Positions 9,471 to 17,976 of a stretch of DNA of 22,410 nt are shown piece after piece; the stretch's first letter is position 1; every line of letters starts with the position of its first letter. Location of the stretch: assembly GCA_041498975.1 (NCBI GenBank), contig JBGQJI010000032.1:1-22410 (forward strand), read 5' to 3'. The notes under the pieces were generated by a model, which searched no databases, was not told the DNA's origin, and was given only the letters and a program-made list of their open reading frames with translations. Position numbers and translations under genes: made by a program. Origin of the DNA: Candidatus Methylomirabilis sp. (GTDB lineage: Bacteria > Methylomirabilota > Methylomirabilia > Methylomirabilales > Methylomirabilaceae).

Positions 9471-9487
9471 GGGTGAGATATGACGCA

Positions 9488-9548
9488 GCCTAACCCGCCT
9501 CCAGGGGACGCACTAAAAGCGGTACGCCCCTGGGCTTCGTGGTTGGGT
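9488..9548 (+). mobile_element. attC-like integron cassette recombination site (isolated)
   Basis: GCCTAAC (RYYYAAC) ... GTTGGGT (GTTRRRY), 61 bp, with internal imperfect palindrome CTCCAGGGGACG/CGCCCCTGGG. Starts 18 nt after a stop codon. Confidence 0.55.
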
Positions 9549-9758
9549 AGGCAGTTTTAGTTGGCCTCGATGAACGGCCCCTGGCAGGTAGAAGTCGATC
9601 AAGTTCGATGCCGTTGGCCAGATTACAGACATTGAGGTCGTTGCATCAAGGTTTGTGGTTCGGGTGCTTCTATACCTCCCCAAGGTCTATGGCCGAGGTC
9701 GATGGCGCAAGCTGAAGGGAATCGCCCCTGTTCACCTCCATTTACTGGGGGGTGAGCG

Positions 9759-10190
9759 ATGGATATCATCCTTGCGAAGAGTCTCCTCGCGACGCTGGCC
9801 TTTGCCCTCGCCCTCTTGAACCTCTTGGTCATGGGGCAGCTGTACGGCAAACTCCGCCTCTTCCCCCTTGGCCCCGAGACTCTCAGTCGCTGGCACCGTC
9901 GCCAGGGGGATGTCATCCTGCTGCTCTGCCTCTTCGTGGCCTACCATTGCCTTACGGGAGCGACGGTGGATCCCAAAGACTGGCGTGTGCTTGCCCACGC
10001 GATCTTGGGGGTCACGCTCCTCGCACTGATTGTTTTCAAAGTTGTGGTCGTGCGATTCTTGCCGCGGGTCATGACGTACATTGCGATCATCGGGTCTGCC
10101 CTGTTTCTCTCGACCACCGGAGTCTTTCTCACAAGCGCCTTCTGGTATTTTCTCACCTGGTGGCAGAAGGGGGCATGGCCAACGTACTGA
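9759..10190 (+). CDS. Four-TM membrane protein, DUF6529/cytochrome b561-like
   Basis: Four hydrophobic segments with histidines in WHRRQG, AYHC and AHAILG. Confidence 0.7.
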   Translation: MDIILAKSLLATLAFALALLNLLVMGQLYGKLRLFPLGPETLSRWHRRQGDVILLLCLFVAYHCLTGATVDPKDWRVLAHAILGVTLLALIVFKVVVVRFLPRVMTYIAIIGSALFLSTTGVFLTSAFWYFLTWWQKGAWPTY

Positions 10191-10554
10191 ACTCCCGTTT
10201 CCCTTCTTGCGAGGTCCGTCGACCCGCCCAGCGGCTGTCTCGCCAGTCGGCCGGTAGCCCCGACAGGTGATCCGAGCAGCCACCTCTCTAGTTCTTCATC
10301 GCCGATTAGCAGAGCTGAGCCATGTCAGAGTACTAAAATATAGTCCGGGTAAGGGCTAAAGCCCCTGCAGGCGCCTCCACTGCCATGCCTTTCCTGTGGA
10401 AGGCCGCGGCCGACATCGGTCCCTTCACCATTGACTTTGCGCCGGCCACGATAAGGGGCGCAAAGGCAGGGCACTAAGCTGGAAAGCTGAAGATTATACA
10501 GGATGCTGGGTCCGTGCCTTCTGCTGTGGCCAAGACACTACGGGTATTTCAAGT

Positions 10555-11112
10555 TCAATACGGGATGGGATAACGATGCTCCTCGAGTCTGGCCCCATCT
10601 CTAGAGGGGGCCCTGATCAGCAGACCCCCCCCGCGAGGATCGAATGCTCCGAGGTTCACGACAATGCCCGTGGTGTCACCAACGATGATCCCTGATGCTC
10701 TAATCGTTGTCTTGTACGTACCTTCGGGGTTAATAACAAGATCCCCCCATGGGGTGAATTGCGCCGTAGCGAATCCTTGGACGTCGAAAAGGGTAAATTC
10801 CCCTCCCGTGTGGCCTGCTCCCGTGCCTGCCTTAAGGCGTGCCAGGATTTTTCCATCCGGCGTTTTGAAGGCAAGCCCGCCGGGGGTGGCAGGCACCGTT
10901 ATCACCTGTTCGCCTGATGAAGGTGAAACCTGCTGGATCTGTAGAGGCGCCGACGGTGCTCGCTGAACCGGGGCGGTCTGCAGTCTCTCTCGCGGTGTCA
11001 CCTGAGCGAGGACGTCCGGTAGGGCCGTGAAAATCCTGTTCGACGTCACTCCACCTGCAAAACTCGCCACCACGCACAGCGCCAACATCCATCCGTACTG
11101 TTTCGCGTTCAT
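10555..11112 (-). CDS. Hypothetical exported beta-rich protein
   Basis: AAGGAGGT RBS, N-terminal signal or anchor, and Gly-rich short beta-strand repeats. Confidence 0.7.
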   Translation of the reverse strand: MNAKQYGWMLALCVVASFAGGVTSNRIFTALPDVLAQVTPRERLQTAPVQRAPSAPLQIQQVSPSSGEQVITVPATPGGLAFKTPDGKILARLKAGTGAGHTGGEFTLFDVQGFATAQFTPWGDLVINPEGTYKTTIRASGIIVGDTTGIVVNLGAFDPRGGGLLIRAPSRDGARLEEHRYPIPY

Positions 11113-11361
11113 CTGAGACCTCCTTGTCTCTTTGCATCGACACGGCCTCTGCTGGACGATGCTCCCCGGCCCGATGCGCGGACCACGGGGTCTTGTCGCT
11201 GGACGGTCGCGTCTCGGCTCCGGGTCCTTCCTGGCTTTACAATTTAGACGAAGCGCTTGGTCGCTTTATTCGATCACGGTTACAAGACCCAGGAGCTCAG
11301 CGATCGATGGCTAGGTTCCAACGTCAATGAATCTCTGTCACTTGCTCTTGCCCATCCAGTT

Positions 11362-12123
11362 TTATCTGAACAAGTCCTGTTCGCGCGATCGCAGGAGCAT
11401 CGAGGCCCGACCCTCCCCCTGTGAATAGCGGTACCCCCGGATCAGGACCGCGGGGATCCGTTCGGTCTTCCCCATGACCAGTTCGGCCGCGGCCGCCAGT
11501 TCGTCGGCGACCGCGATGATCGTAGCCTTCAAGTGGCGGCCAAAGTCGTCTGCCGCCTCGCTATAATCTTTCAGCGGGAGCAAGCCGCTCACGCCGATGG
11601 CGACGTTGGTCAACCCCTCGCGCCAGGGGCGGCCGAAGGTGTCGGAGATGAGCACCGCGACGTCGTGACCGCACACCGCCAGGATGTGATCCCGGATCCC
11701 TTTAGCCGAGCCGTCCGGGTCGAGGGGGAGGAGCGCGGCCGCCTCCTGGTCAGGGAGATTCGATCGGTCAACGCCCGCGTTCGCGCAGATGAAGCCGTGC
11801 TGGGTCTCAGCGAGCAGGACCCCGCGGTCCATGCGGACGATGCGTCGCGCCTCCCGAAGAATCAGCTCGACGAGGCGCGGGTCCTTGGCGAGGAGGGCGG
11901 CCCAGGAGCTGGCAAGCGGCGAGGGCGTTGCGTCGCGAAGGGAAACCACCCGCCCCTCGGCCTTGGAGACGACCTTCTGGGTCACGACCAGGACGTCGTC
12001 AGGCTGGAACATCAAGCCTAGGGACGCGGCAGCCTCGACGATCAACTTGCCCAGATCATCCCCGGCCCGGATCTCGGGGAGACCGGTTAGGCCGATCAGG
12101 GAGAGTTCAGGCGCCTTCCCCAA
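11362..12123 (-). CDS. cofE: Coenzyme F420-0:L-glutamate ligase
   Basis: GLPEIRAGDDL, QKVVSKAEGR, ANAGVDRSN, SDTFGRPWREG, VADELA. TTG start at 12123 follows AGGAG; the ORF is open from 12141. Confidence 0.93.
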   Translation of the reverse strand: MGKAPELSLIGLTGLPEIRAGDDLGKLIVEAAASLGLMFQPDDVLVVTQKVVSKAEGRVVSLRDATPSPLASSWAALLAKDPRLVELILREARRIVRMDRGVLLAETQHGFICANAGVDRSNLPDQEAAALLPLDPDGSAKGIRDHILAVCGHDVAVLISDTFGRPWREGLTNVAIGVSGLLPLKDYSEAADDFGRHLKATIIAVADELAAAAELVMGKTERIPAVLIRGYRYSQGEGRASMLLRSREQDLFR

Positions 12124-12772
12124 TGCCGAGTCTCCTCTCAACGCCGAGTCGGCGAAGCAGCGCGTGCGTCCGGGTCTGGCCAGGTTGAATCATGAAGCAT
12201 CGGAGGTCTTCGATCTCGTCGATGTCCAGCGAAAGGTTGGGCAGCTCGCAGACCTCGCACGGAAGCCCCCTCGACTCGGCCTCCCGCCGGTGGGCCCGGA
12301 AGCTGTCATAGCCGAAGCGGAAGGGGATCGCCTCGGGCGGCCGCGCGAGCAAGGCGTTGGTGCCGAGCTCGTCGCGTGACGGCACCAGCACGATGCCGGG
12401 GGACGCGGTCTCTTTCTCAACGATCCAAGCGAGATCTGCAGCCGTGATCCGGGGGACGTCGAGCGGCAGCGTCAGCATCGCTTCAGCCCCCATCTGGCGG
12501 CAGATCGCGGCGGCGGCATTCACCGACTGGCTCTGCCGCACTTGGTGCGCCTCCTTGATGATCCCGGCACCATACTGTCGGGCACACTCGGCGGCCTCGG
12601 CGTCCGAGGTGATGACCAGCACGCGATCTAGCTGCGGAGAACTGGCCACAATGGAGAGCACGTCCTCAAGCATGGTCTTGCAGAGGAGATGGCGTTCCTG
12701 GACCGTCAGCACCGGTTGGAGCCGCTGCTTGCCTCGGGCAAGCTCCTTCACCGGGATGACGGCGACGATCAT
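12107..12772 (-). CDS. cofC: 2-phospho-L-lactate/PEP guanylyltransferase
   Basis: IPVKELARGKQRL, MLEDVL, DVP, GTNALL, FGYDSF..H, LDIDEIEDL. Confidence 0.92.
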   Translation of the reverse strand: MIVAVIPVKELARGKQRLQPVLTVQERHLLCKTMLEDVLSIVASSPQLDRVLVITSDAEAAECARQYGAGIIKEAHQVRQSQSVNAAAAICRQMGAEAMLTLPLDVPRITAADLAWIVEKETASPGIVLVPSRDELGTNALLARPPEAIPFRFGYDSFRAHRREAESRGLPCEVCELPNLSLDIDEIEDLRCFMIQPGQTRTHALLRRLGVERRLGIGEGA

Positions 12773-12776
12773 TCGA

Positions 12777-13715
12777 TCATGCAGGTCGGAAAGAGGCAAG
12801 ACACGAAAGGGCCTCTTTGGCCAGGGAGATCTTGACCTCGAGGTTGCGCATCACGGTCTCGGCCGTGCTTGTCTTGACCGATAAGGCCTCTATGGCAGGG
12901 AGGAGCTCGGCATCGAGTCGGTCGATGATGAACAGGTCGAGGAGGTCCTGGTAGAGGCGCGCCACAGAGAGGGCCGAAACATCGTGGCCGAGGCCGGCCA
13001 GGCACTTGTCGGTCGGGCCTTTCAGGGAACGGCCGCCAACGATCGGGCTGATCGCCACAACAGGCGCCCTTGTCATCCTCAGCGCATCGCGGATACCCGG
13101 AACGGCGAGGATCGGCCCAATGCTGATGACCGGGTTACTGGGGCAGAGGATGATTCCCTCGGCTGCCCCGATGGACTCCAGCACGCCCGGCGCGGGCCGC
13201 GATCGCTCGACGCCCACGAAGCTCACCCCTCGCACATTGTCGCGGGCTCCATCGCGGACAAGATACTCCTGAAGCCGTTGCGGTCCCTGGTCGGTGAGGA
13301 CGATCGTCGAGACCGGCTCGTTCGCCATCGGGAGGATGCGTGGCCGAACCCCAAGGGAGCGCCTGATCTCATCGGCGGCGTCAGTGAGGGTCAATCCCTG
13401 GCGAAGCAGGGCGGTCCGGTGCAGGTGGGTGGCGAGGTCTCGGTCCCCTAGATTGAACCAGACTTCGCGGCCATATCGGCCAAGCCAACTCAGGGCATTG
13501 AAAGTATCGCCATCGAGTCCCCATCCTCTCTCCTGATCGGCCAGCCCCGCCAGGGTATAGGTGACGGTGTCCAGGTCGGGGCAAATGGTCAGGCCGTGCA
13601 GGACGAAATCATCTCCCGTATTGACGATGATTGTCAGCTCGGCCGGATCGATCACCTGGCTCAATCCAAGAAGCAGCTTGGAGCCGCCGATCCCTCCGCC
13701 CAGTGCGACGATCAT
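12777..13715 (-). CDS. cofD: 2-phospho-L-lactate transferase
   Basis: LGGGIGGSKL, VNTGDD, ICPDLDTV.YTL, WFNLGDRDLATH, PSNPVISIGPIL, LKGP. Confidence 0.95.
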   Translation of the reverse strand: MIVALGGGIGGSKLLLGLSQVIDPAELTIIVNTGDDFVLHGLTICPDLDTVTYTLAGLADQERGWGLDGDTFNALSWLGRYGREVWFNLGDRDLATHLHRTALLRQGLTLTDAADEIRRSLGVRPRILPMANEPVSTIVLTDQGPQRLQEYLVRDGARDNVRGVSFVGVERSRPAPGVLESIGAAEGIILCPSNPVISIGPILAVPGIRDALRMTRAPVVAISPIVGGRSLKGPTDKCLAGLGHDVSALSVARLYQDLLDLFIIDRLDAELLPAIEALSVKTSTAETVMRNLEVKISLAKEALSCLASFRPA

Positions 13716-14374
13716 GCCTCGCTCTCCGGAAGGCCGGTGATCCTGATGCCCGCCTCCTTGGTCTTGTAGCGCCGGTTCAACTCCAGGAGCAGCGGGGTCA
13801 GTCCCTCAACGGTCCTTGCGTGCCGCGCCGATCCGGCATCAATGGCGCGAAGTCCGACCTTCGAGACCAGCGTAAGGGCGAGTCGCTTTGCGTGAGGATC
13901 ATCCCCGCAGACCAGAACATCGGAGTCGATCACCTTCTTCGGATCCCTCAACAAACGATATGAGATATTTTGGAAGGCTGCCACCACCTTGACGTCTGAT
14001 CCCAGGAACTCCTGTGCCTTCTCGAGCGCAGATCTCTCGTTCGACAGAACCAGTCGGTCGGGGGCTTGAGGATCGAGCGAGACGGTGGTGTCGATGAGCA
14101 GTTTTCCGTGCAGGGCCTCTTTGACCTCCTCCAGCGTGGCGAGGTGGGCGGCGTAGGGGACCGTCAGGACCACGATGTCGGCCTCTTCGGCGGCCCGTCG
14201 ATTCGACATTCCACGGATGATTGCTTTCCCCAACGTTCGATTCAAGTGATCGGCCGCCGCGGCTGCTCGCTTCTCGTCTCTCGACCCGATGATCACCTCC
14301 TCGCCGGAGTCGGCCCAGCGTAGCGCGAGGCCTGTTCCTTCCCGGCCGGTTCCTCCGATGATCGCGATCTTCAT
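13712..14374 (-). CDS. npdG: NADPH-dependent F420 reductase (Fno)
   Basis: MKIAIIGGTGREGTGLALRW, IIGSRD, VVAAFQNIS, VEGLTPLLLELNRRYK..AGIRITG. Confidence 0.92.
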   Translation of the reverse strand: MKIAIIGGTGREGTGLALRWADSGEEVIIGSRDEKRAAAAADHLNRTLGKAIIRGMSNRRAAEEADIVVLTVPYAAHLATLEEVKEALHGKLLIDTTVSLDPQAPDRLVLSNERSALEKAQEFLGSDVKVVAAFQNISYRLLRDPKKVIDSDVLVCGDDPHAKRLALTLVSKVGLRAIDAGSARHARTVEGLTPLLLELNRRYKTKEAGIRITGLPESEA

Positions 14375-14403
14375 AGTAAACCAAAGAGTGTTCGTAGTAG
14401 AAC

Positions 14404-14486
14404 GAAAAGCGTTCACAGTTCATAGCCAGAAAAAGAATCTAAGGTTGCACTAACTCTGAACTCTGAACCCTGAACTCTGAACTGTT
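14404..14486. repeat. Heptamer-periodic inverted repeat, copy A
   Basis: GTTCACA-GTTCATA arm facing (ACTCTGA)2-ACCCTGA-ACTCTGA. Confidence 0.7.
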
Positions 14487-15758
14487 ACGTCTGTACCGGA
14501 ACCTGTCAGAGGCGGTCAACTTCTGGTACGAGCCGAAACGCTCCTCCGGATCATCGATCCGATCGAGGGGCCCTTCCTCCTCTTCCGGGCCATCGTACAC
14601 CTGCAGGAGTTGGTATGTCGTGCTCCGTTGCGCCGGGACGCGCCCCAGCTCGCGGATCATGCGGCGGAGCTCGATCGGCGGCACAAGTTGACCATACGGC
14701 GCGCCGGCCGACGTGGAGATGCTCTCGTTGATCAGGGTGCCGCCGAGATCATTGGCCCCGGCGGTGAGGAGGTACTGGGCGAGCTTCGGCCCCTCCTTGA
14801 CCCAGGACGACTGGATGTTCTTGAAGGTGAATCCCAGCATCAAGCGCGCCAATGCGTGCATCTTGACCACCTCGCTGCCGGTCGCACCCTGGCGCACTCC
14901 CTTCACCAGCTTGCGCCGGTACATCGGCGCCTCCTGATAGACCAGGCTCAGCGGCACGAACTCGGTGAACCCGCCCGTCTCCTTCTGGATATCGCGTAGG
15001 AGGACCATGTGCCTGACCCAGTGGATCGGCTGCTCGACGTGGCCGTACATGATCGTGGAGGTGGTCGGAATGCCCAGGGAGTGGGCTGTCGTGATCACCT
15101 CGATCCACTGGCGGGTGGTGATTCGGCCTCGGGAGATGATGTCGCGGACCTCATCGTCCAGGATCTCGGCGGAGGTCCCGGGGAGCGTGCCGAGACCCGC
15201 CTCCTTGAGTGCCATGAGGTACTGCGGGATGGGAATCCCGGACCGCGTGGACCCATACAGGATCTCCTCCGGTGAAAAAGCGTGGATGTGGATCTGTGGC
15301 ACCTCCCGCTTGATGGCGCGGCAGATGTCGATGTAGAAGTGTCCATCCAGCTTCGGCGGGAGTCCGGCCTGAATACACACCTCCGTTGCGCCCAACTCCC
15401 AGGCCTCCCTGGCCCTTCTCACCAGTTCTTCCAAGGGCAGGAAGTAGGCCTCCTCTTCCCGGTAGTCCCGGCTGAAGGCACAGAAGGTGCAATGCTTGAT
15501 ACACGCATTGGTGAAGTTGATGTTGCGGTTGATCACGTAGGTGACGATCTCTCCCGCCTGGCGCCGACGCATTTCGTCGGCCACGATGACCAGCGCCTGG
15601 AGATCCAGCCCTTGCGTCCGGGCGAGGCGCAGCCCCTCTTCCGATGAGAGCTCTCGCCCCTCAAGCGTGGCCTCTAACGGGCGCGCGACACTCGGTTCGA
15701 TCCGACCAAGAAGTCGGCAGAGATCCTCATCACGTGCGGAATGCTGCTGTCGCCCCAT
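14439..15758 (-). CDS. cofH: FO synthase subunit 2 (radical SAM)
   Basis: NRNINFTNACIKHCTFCAF, PGTSAEIL, TIMYGHVE, IQSSWVKEG, GANDLGGTL.NESI. Confidence 0.93.
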   Translation of the reverse strand: MGRQQHSARDEDLCRLLGRIEPSVARPLEATLEGRELSSEEGLRLARTQGLDLQALVIVADEMRRRQAGEIVTYVINRNINFTNACIKHCTFCAFSRDYREEEAYFLPLEELVRRAREAWELGATEVCIQAGLPPKLDGHFYIDICRAIKREVPQIHIHAFSPEEILYGSTRSGIPIPQYLMALKEAGLGTLPGTSAEILDDEVRDIISRGRITTRQWIEVITTAHSLGIPTTSTIMYGHVEQPIHWVRHMVLLRDIQKETGGFTEFVPLSLVYQEAPMYRRKLVKGVRQGATGSEVVKMHALARLMLGFTFKNIQSSWVKEGPKLAQYLLTAGANDLGGTLINESISTSAGAPYGQLVPPIELRRMIRELGRVPAQRSTTYQLLQVYDGPEEEEGPLDRIDDPEERFGSYQKLTASDRFRYRRNSSEFRVQSSELVQP

Positions 15759-17004
15759 GCTGTCTCTCCTCCTTGGGATATCCGCCCTCGTCCGCCAGGG
15801 CCATGATCCTGGAGGCCAGGGTGGAGGGGATGAATCCCTCCTTGTGGACGATATACTCTGGATAGATCGTGAGCCGCTCTCTCAAGCGGTAGCCGAAAGA
15901 TTCGGTCCCCTCGCGCAGGGCTGCGATCTGCGGCCAGGGCGCCTCTGGATTGATGAAATCCTTCGTCAGCGGCGAAATCCCACCCCAGTCGTTGATCCCC
16001 GACACCAGCAGAAGCGGGTAGGCGTCGGGCGTCAGGTTTGGCGGGGCCTGAAGGTTCATCTCCGGGCCCAGGATCAGGCGCGCGACGGCAACCGTCCTGA
16101 GCATGTCGAGCAGGGTCGGTTCCGGATGGGCCCGCATCGGAATCGTCGGTTTCGCCCGGAAGTTCTGGATGATCACCTCTTGAATGTGGCCGTGCGTCTC
16201 GTGGAGCGCCTTGATCGCAAAAAGGGACTCGATCCGCTCCTGAAGCGTTTCGCCGATCCCGATCAGGATCCCGGTGGTGAATGCGATTCGGAGGCGTCCC
16301 GCCCCCTCGATAGTCCTCAGGCGAAGGAGGGGGTGCTTGTCGGGCGCGGGATGGTGCGGTCCGCCCGGCTGGGTGAGCCGCGCGCTCACCGATTCCAGCA
16401 TGAGCCCCATACTGGCATTTGAGTCCCGCAGCATCGCCATCTCCTCGATGGTCATCGTGCCTGGATTGGCATGGGGCAGGAGCCCTGTCTCTGACAGCGT
16501 AAGCTGGCAGACCGATGCCAGGTACTCGATCGTGGTCCGACAGCCGCGCGCGGCCAGAAAGCGTCTGGCTTCCGGAAAGACTATCTCGGGCTTCTCGCCA
16601 AGGCTGAAGAGCGCCTCCTTGCATCCAACTCTGGCGCCGGCGGAGGCGATGGCCAGCACCTGCTCGGGGGTCATGAAGCCGTCCTCCGGCTCGCCGGGAT
16701 CACGGCGGAAGGTGCAGTAACCGCAGCGGTCCCGGCAAAGCCGTGTCAGCGGGATGAAGACCTTTTTCGAGAAGCTGACCGTCCGCCCCTTTCCGTCGTC
16801 GCGGAGGGCGGAGGCCAGATCCAGCAAATGGAGCAGGTGGCGGCCTGAAGCACGGAGCAGAGCGGCGGCGGTCTCTCGCGCGAGGGGCCGGCCGGAGTTC
16901 GCCTCTTCAAGGGCAGCCTCAACGGCTACCCTTCCCGGCCCTGGGGCCGGCTCGCGACCTGGGAGGCCCAACCGCCCGAGGGCGACGCTGGTGGAAGGGG
17001 ACAT
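15730..17004 (-). CDS. cofG: FO synthase subunit 1 (radical SAM)
   Basis: SFSKKVFIPLTRLCRDRCGYCTF, LLPHANPG, FTTGILIGIGE, EVIIQNF, QAPPNL, DWGGISP. GGAGGT RBS before ATG 17004. Confidence 0.93.
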   Translation of the reverse strand: MSPSTSVALGRLGLPGREPAPGPGRVAVEAALEEANSGRPLARETAAALLRASGRHLLHLLDLASALRDDGKGRTVSFSKKVFIPLTRLCRDRCGYCTFRRDPGEPEDGFMTPEQVLAIASAGARVGCKEALFSLGEKPEIVFPEARRFLAARGCRTTIEYLASVCQLTLSETGLLPHANPGTMTIEEMAMLRDSNASMGLMLESVSARLTQPGGPHHPAPDKHPLLRLRTIEGAGRLRIAFTTGILIGIGETLQERIESLFAIKALHETHGHIQEVIIQNFRAKPTIPMRAHPEPTLLDMLRTVAVARLILGPEMNLQAPPNLTPDAYPLLLVSGINDWGGISPLTKDFINPEAPWPQIAALREGTESFGYRLRERLTIYPEYIVHKEGFIPSTLASRIMALADEGGYPKEERQHGATAAFRT

Positions 17005-17020
17005 GCAACCTCCACATAGA

Positions 17021-17187
17021 TCACAGTTCACGGTTCACGGTTCACGATGACCGCAGTTCACCGACGGTGCTGAAGACCTCTTTTATTAGTAAGTCTCTTG
17101 CCTCTGCTGTGAACTGTGAGCACATTCCGTTCTATTCTGAACGCTCTTTCCTATCTGTCAACTGTGAACTGTCAACTGTGAACGCTC
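17021..17187. repeat. Heptamer-periodic inverted repeat, copy B
   Basis: TCACA-GTTCACG-GTTCACG-GTTCACG on the left; CTGTGAA-CTGTGAG and CTGTCAA-CTGTGAA-CTGTCAA-CTGTGAA on the right. Confidence 0.75.
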
Positions 17188-17619
17188 TTACTCGAAGTTG
17201 CCCCAGGAGACGATCTTCGTGGGGGTGATGGCGATCACCGGATTCACGCCCTCCGCCAGGGCCATGTTTCGGTACTGGGGATACTTCTTGCGGAGCAGGT
17301 TGACCGCTCGCTTGTGGTCCGCCCCGGCGGGCTCGATCCCCGCGGTTCCATGAATGATGACGAAGCGGAGGCGACTCCAGTCCTCGTCATACTCGTCGAG
17401 GATGAGGCAAATCCGCGGGTTAGCACGGATATTCACGAGCCGTCGCAGCATGTCCGGTCCGACGCGTTTGGGTTTTTCGTCCACCGCCGAAAAAAATCGG
17501 GATCCATCGTACGCGTAACAGATGGGGACGATATGAGGGCGTCCAGCAGCATCCACGGTGGCCAATCTGGCCACGCGGCTGCTCCGGATGAACGCCTCGA
17601 TCCCTTCCGCGAATGTCAC
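17188..17619 (-). CDS. PPOX-class F420-dependent oxidoreductase (Rv0121/TIGR03668-like)
   Basis: RVARLATVDAAGRPHIVP, AVDEKPK, LRRLVNIRANP, DEYDEDWSRL, LLRKKYPQY. GTG start. Heads the cof cluster. Confidence 0.9.
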   Translation of the reverse strand: MTFAEGIEAFIRSSRVARLATVDAAGRPHIVPICYAYDGSRFFSAVDEKPKRVGPDMLRRLVNIRANPRICLILDEYDEDWSRLRFVIIHGTAGIEPAGADHKRAVNLLRKKYPQYRNMALAEGVNPVIAITPTKIVSWGNFE

Positions 17620-17673
17620 GGGATCGCTCCAATCTGATGGGACGGCACCATGGCAGGCGAAACCGCGCAGACA

Positions 17674-17708
17674 TTGACTTTATAGCATCGGGCGTGTAGA
17701 GTCGTCAA
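17674..17708. promoter_or_regulatory. Overlapping bidirectional sigma70-type promoters
   Basis: Plus strand: TTGACT (17674-79), 17 nt, TAGAGT (17697-702). Minus strand: TTGACG (17708-03), 18 nt, TATAAA (17684-79) preceded by TGn. Confidence 0.55.
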
Positions 17709-17779
17709 CAGCAATGCTGAGCGAAAAGGGTTCATCGTTTGCCGTTCAAGGTTTGCAATAATACGTCGACCCCGAGATG

Positions 17780-17944
17780 TCTTCTTCTGCTATGAACTAT
17801 GAGCGCTTCTCGGCTCACGCTGCGCGCCTTCCGGAGGAATGATGGTCACTCCTGACAGTCCACAATACCCTCGATCGTGTGGAGGCCGGTAGACCCGGAA
17901 CGCTGAGCATGGCGCCCGGCACTTGGGACTCGGAACCCGGAACG
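17780..17944. repeat. Heptamer-periodic repeat, copy C (degenerate)
   Basis: CTATGAA-CTATGAG at about 17790, and ACCCGGA-ACGCTGA-GCATGGC-GCCCGGC-ACTTGGG-ACTCGGA-ACCCGGA at 17893-17941. Confidence 0.55.
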
Positions 17945-17976
17945 TACCTTCGTGGGCCATTTGCGGGAGGAGAGAG

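Noticed and set aside
10195..10285. ZTP riboswitch-like words on the minus strand (GACTGGCG, CTGGGC)
   Set aside because: The GTGG/CCAC-GGGGAGC core is missing and no suitable downstream gene exists.
10430..10520. c-di-GMP-I riboswitch (GGCGCAAAG...CTAAG)
   Set aside because: It lacks the GGCAAA/GNRA P1 module. CTTTGCGCC/GGCGCAAAG is a simple hairpin between convergent genes with no downstream gene to control.
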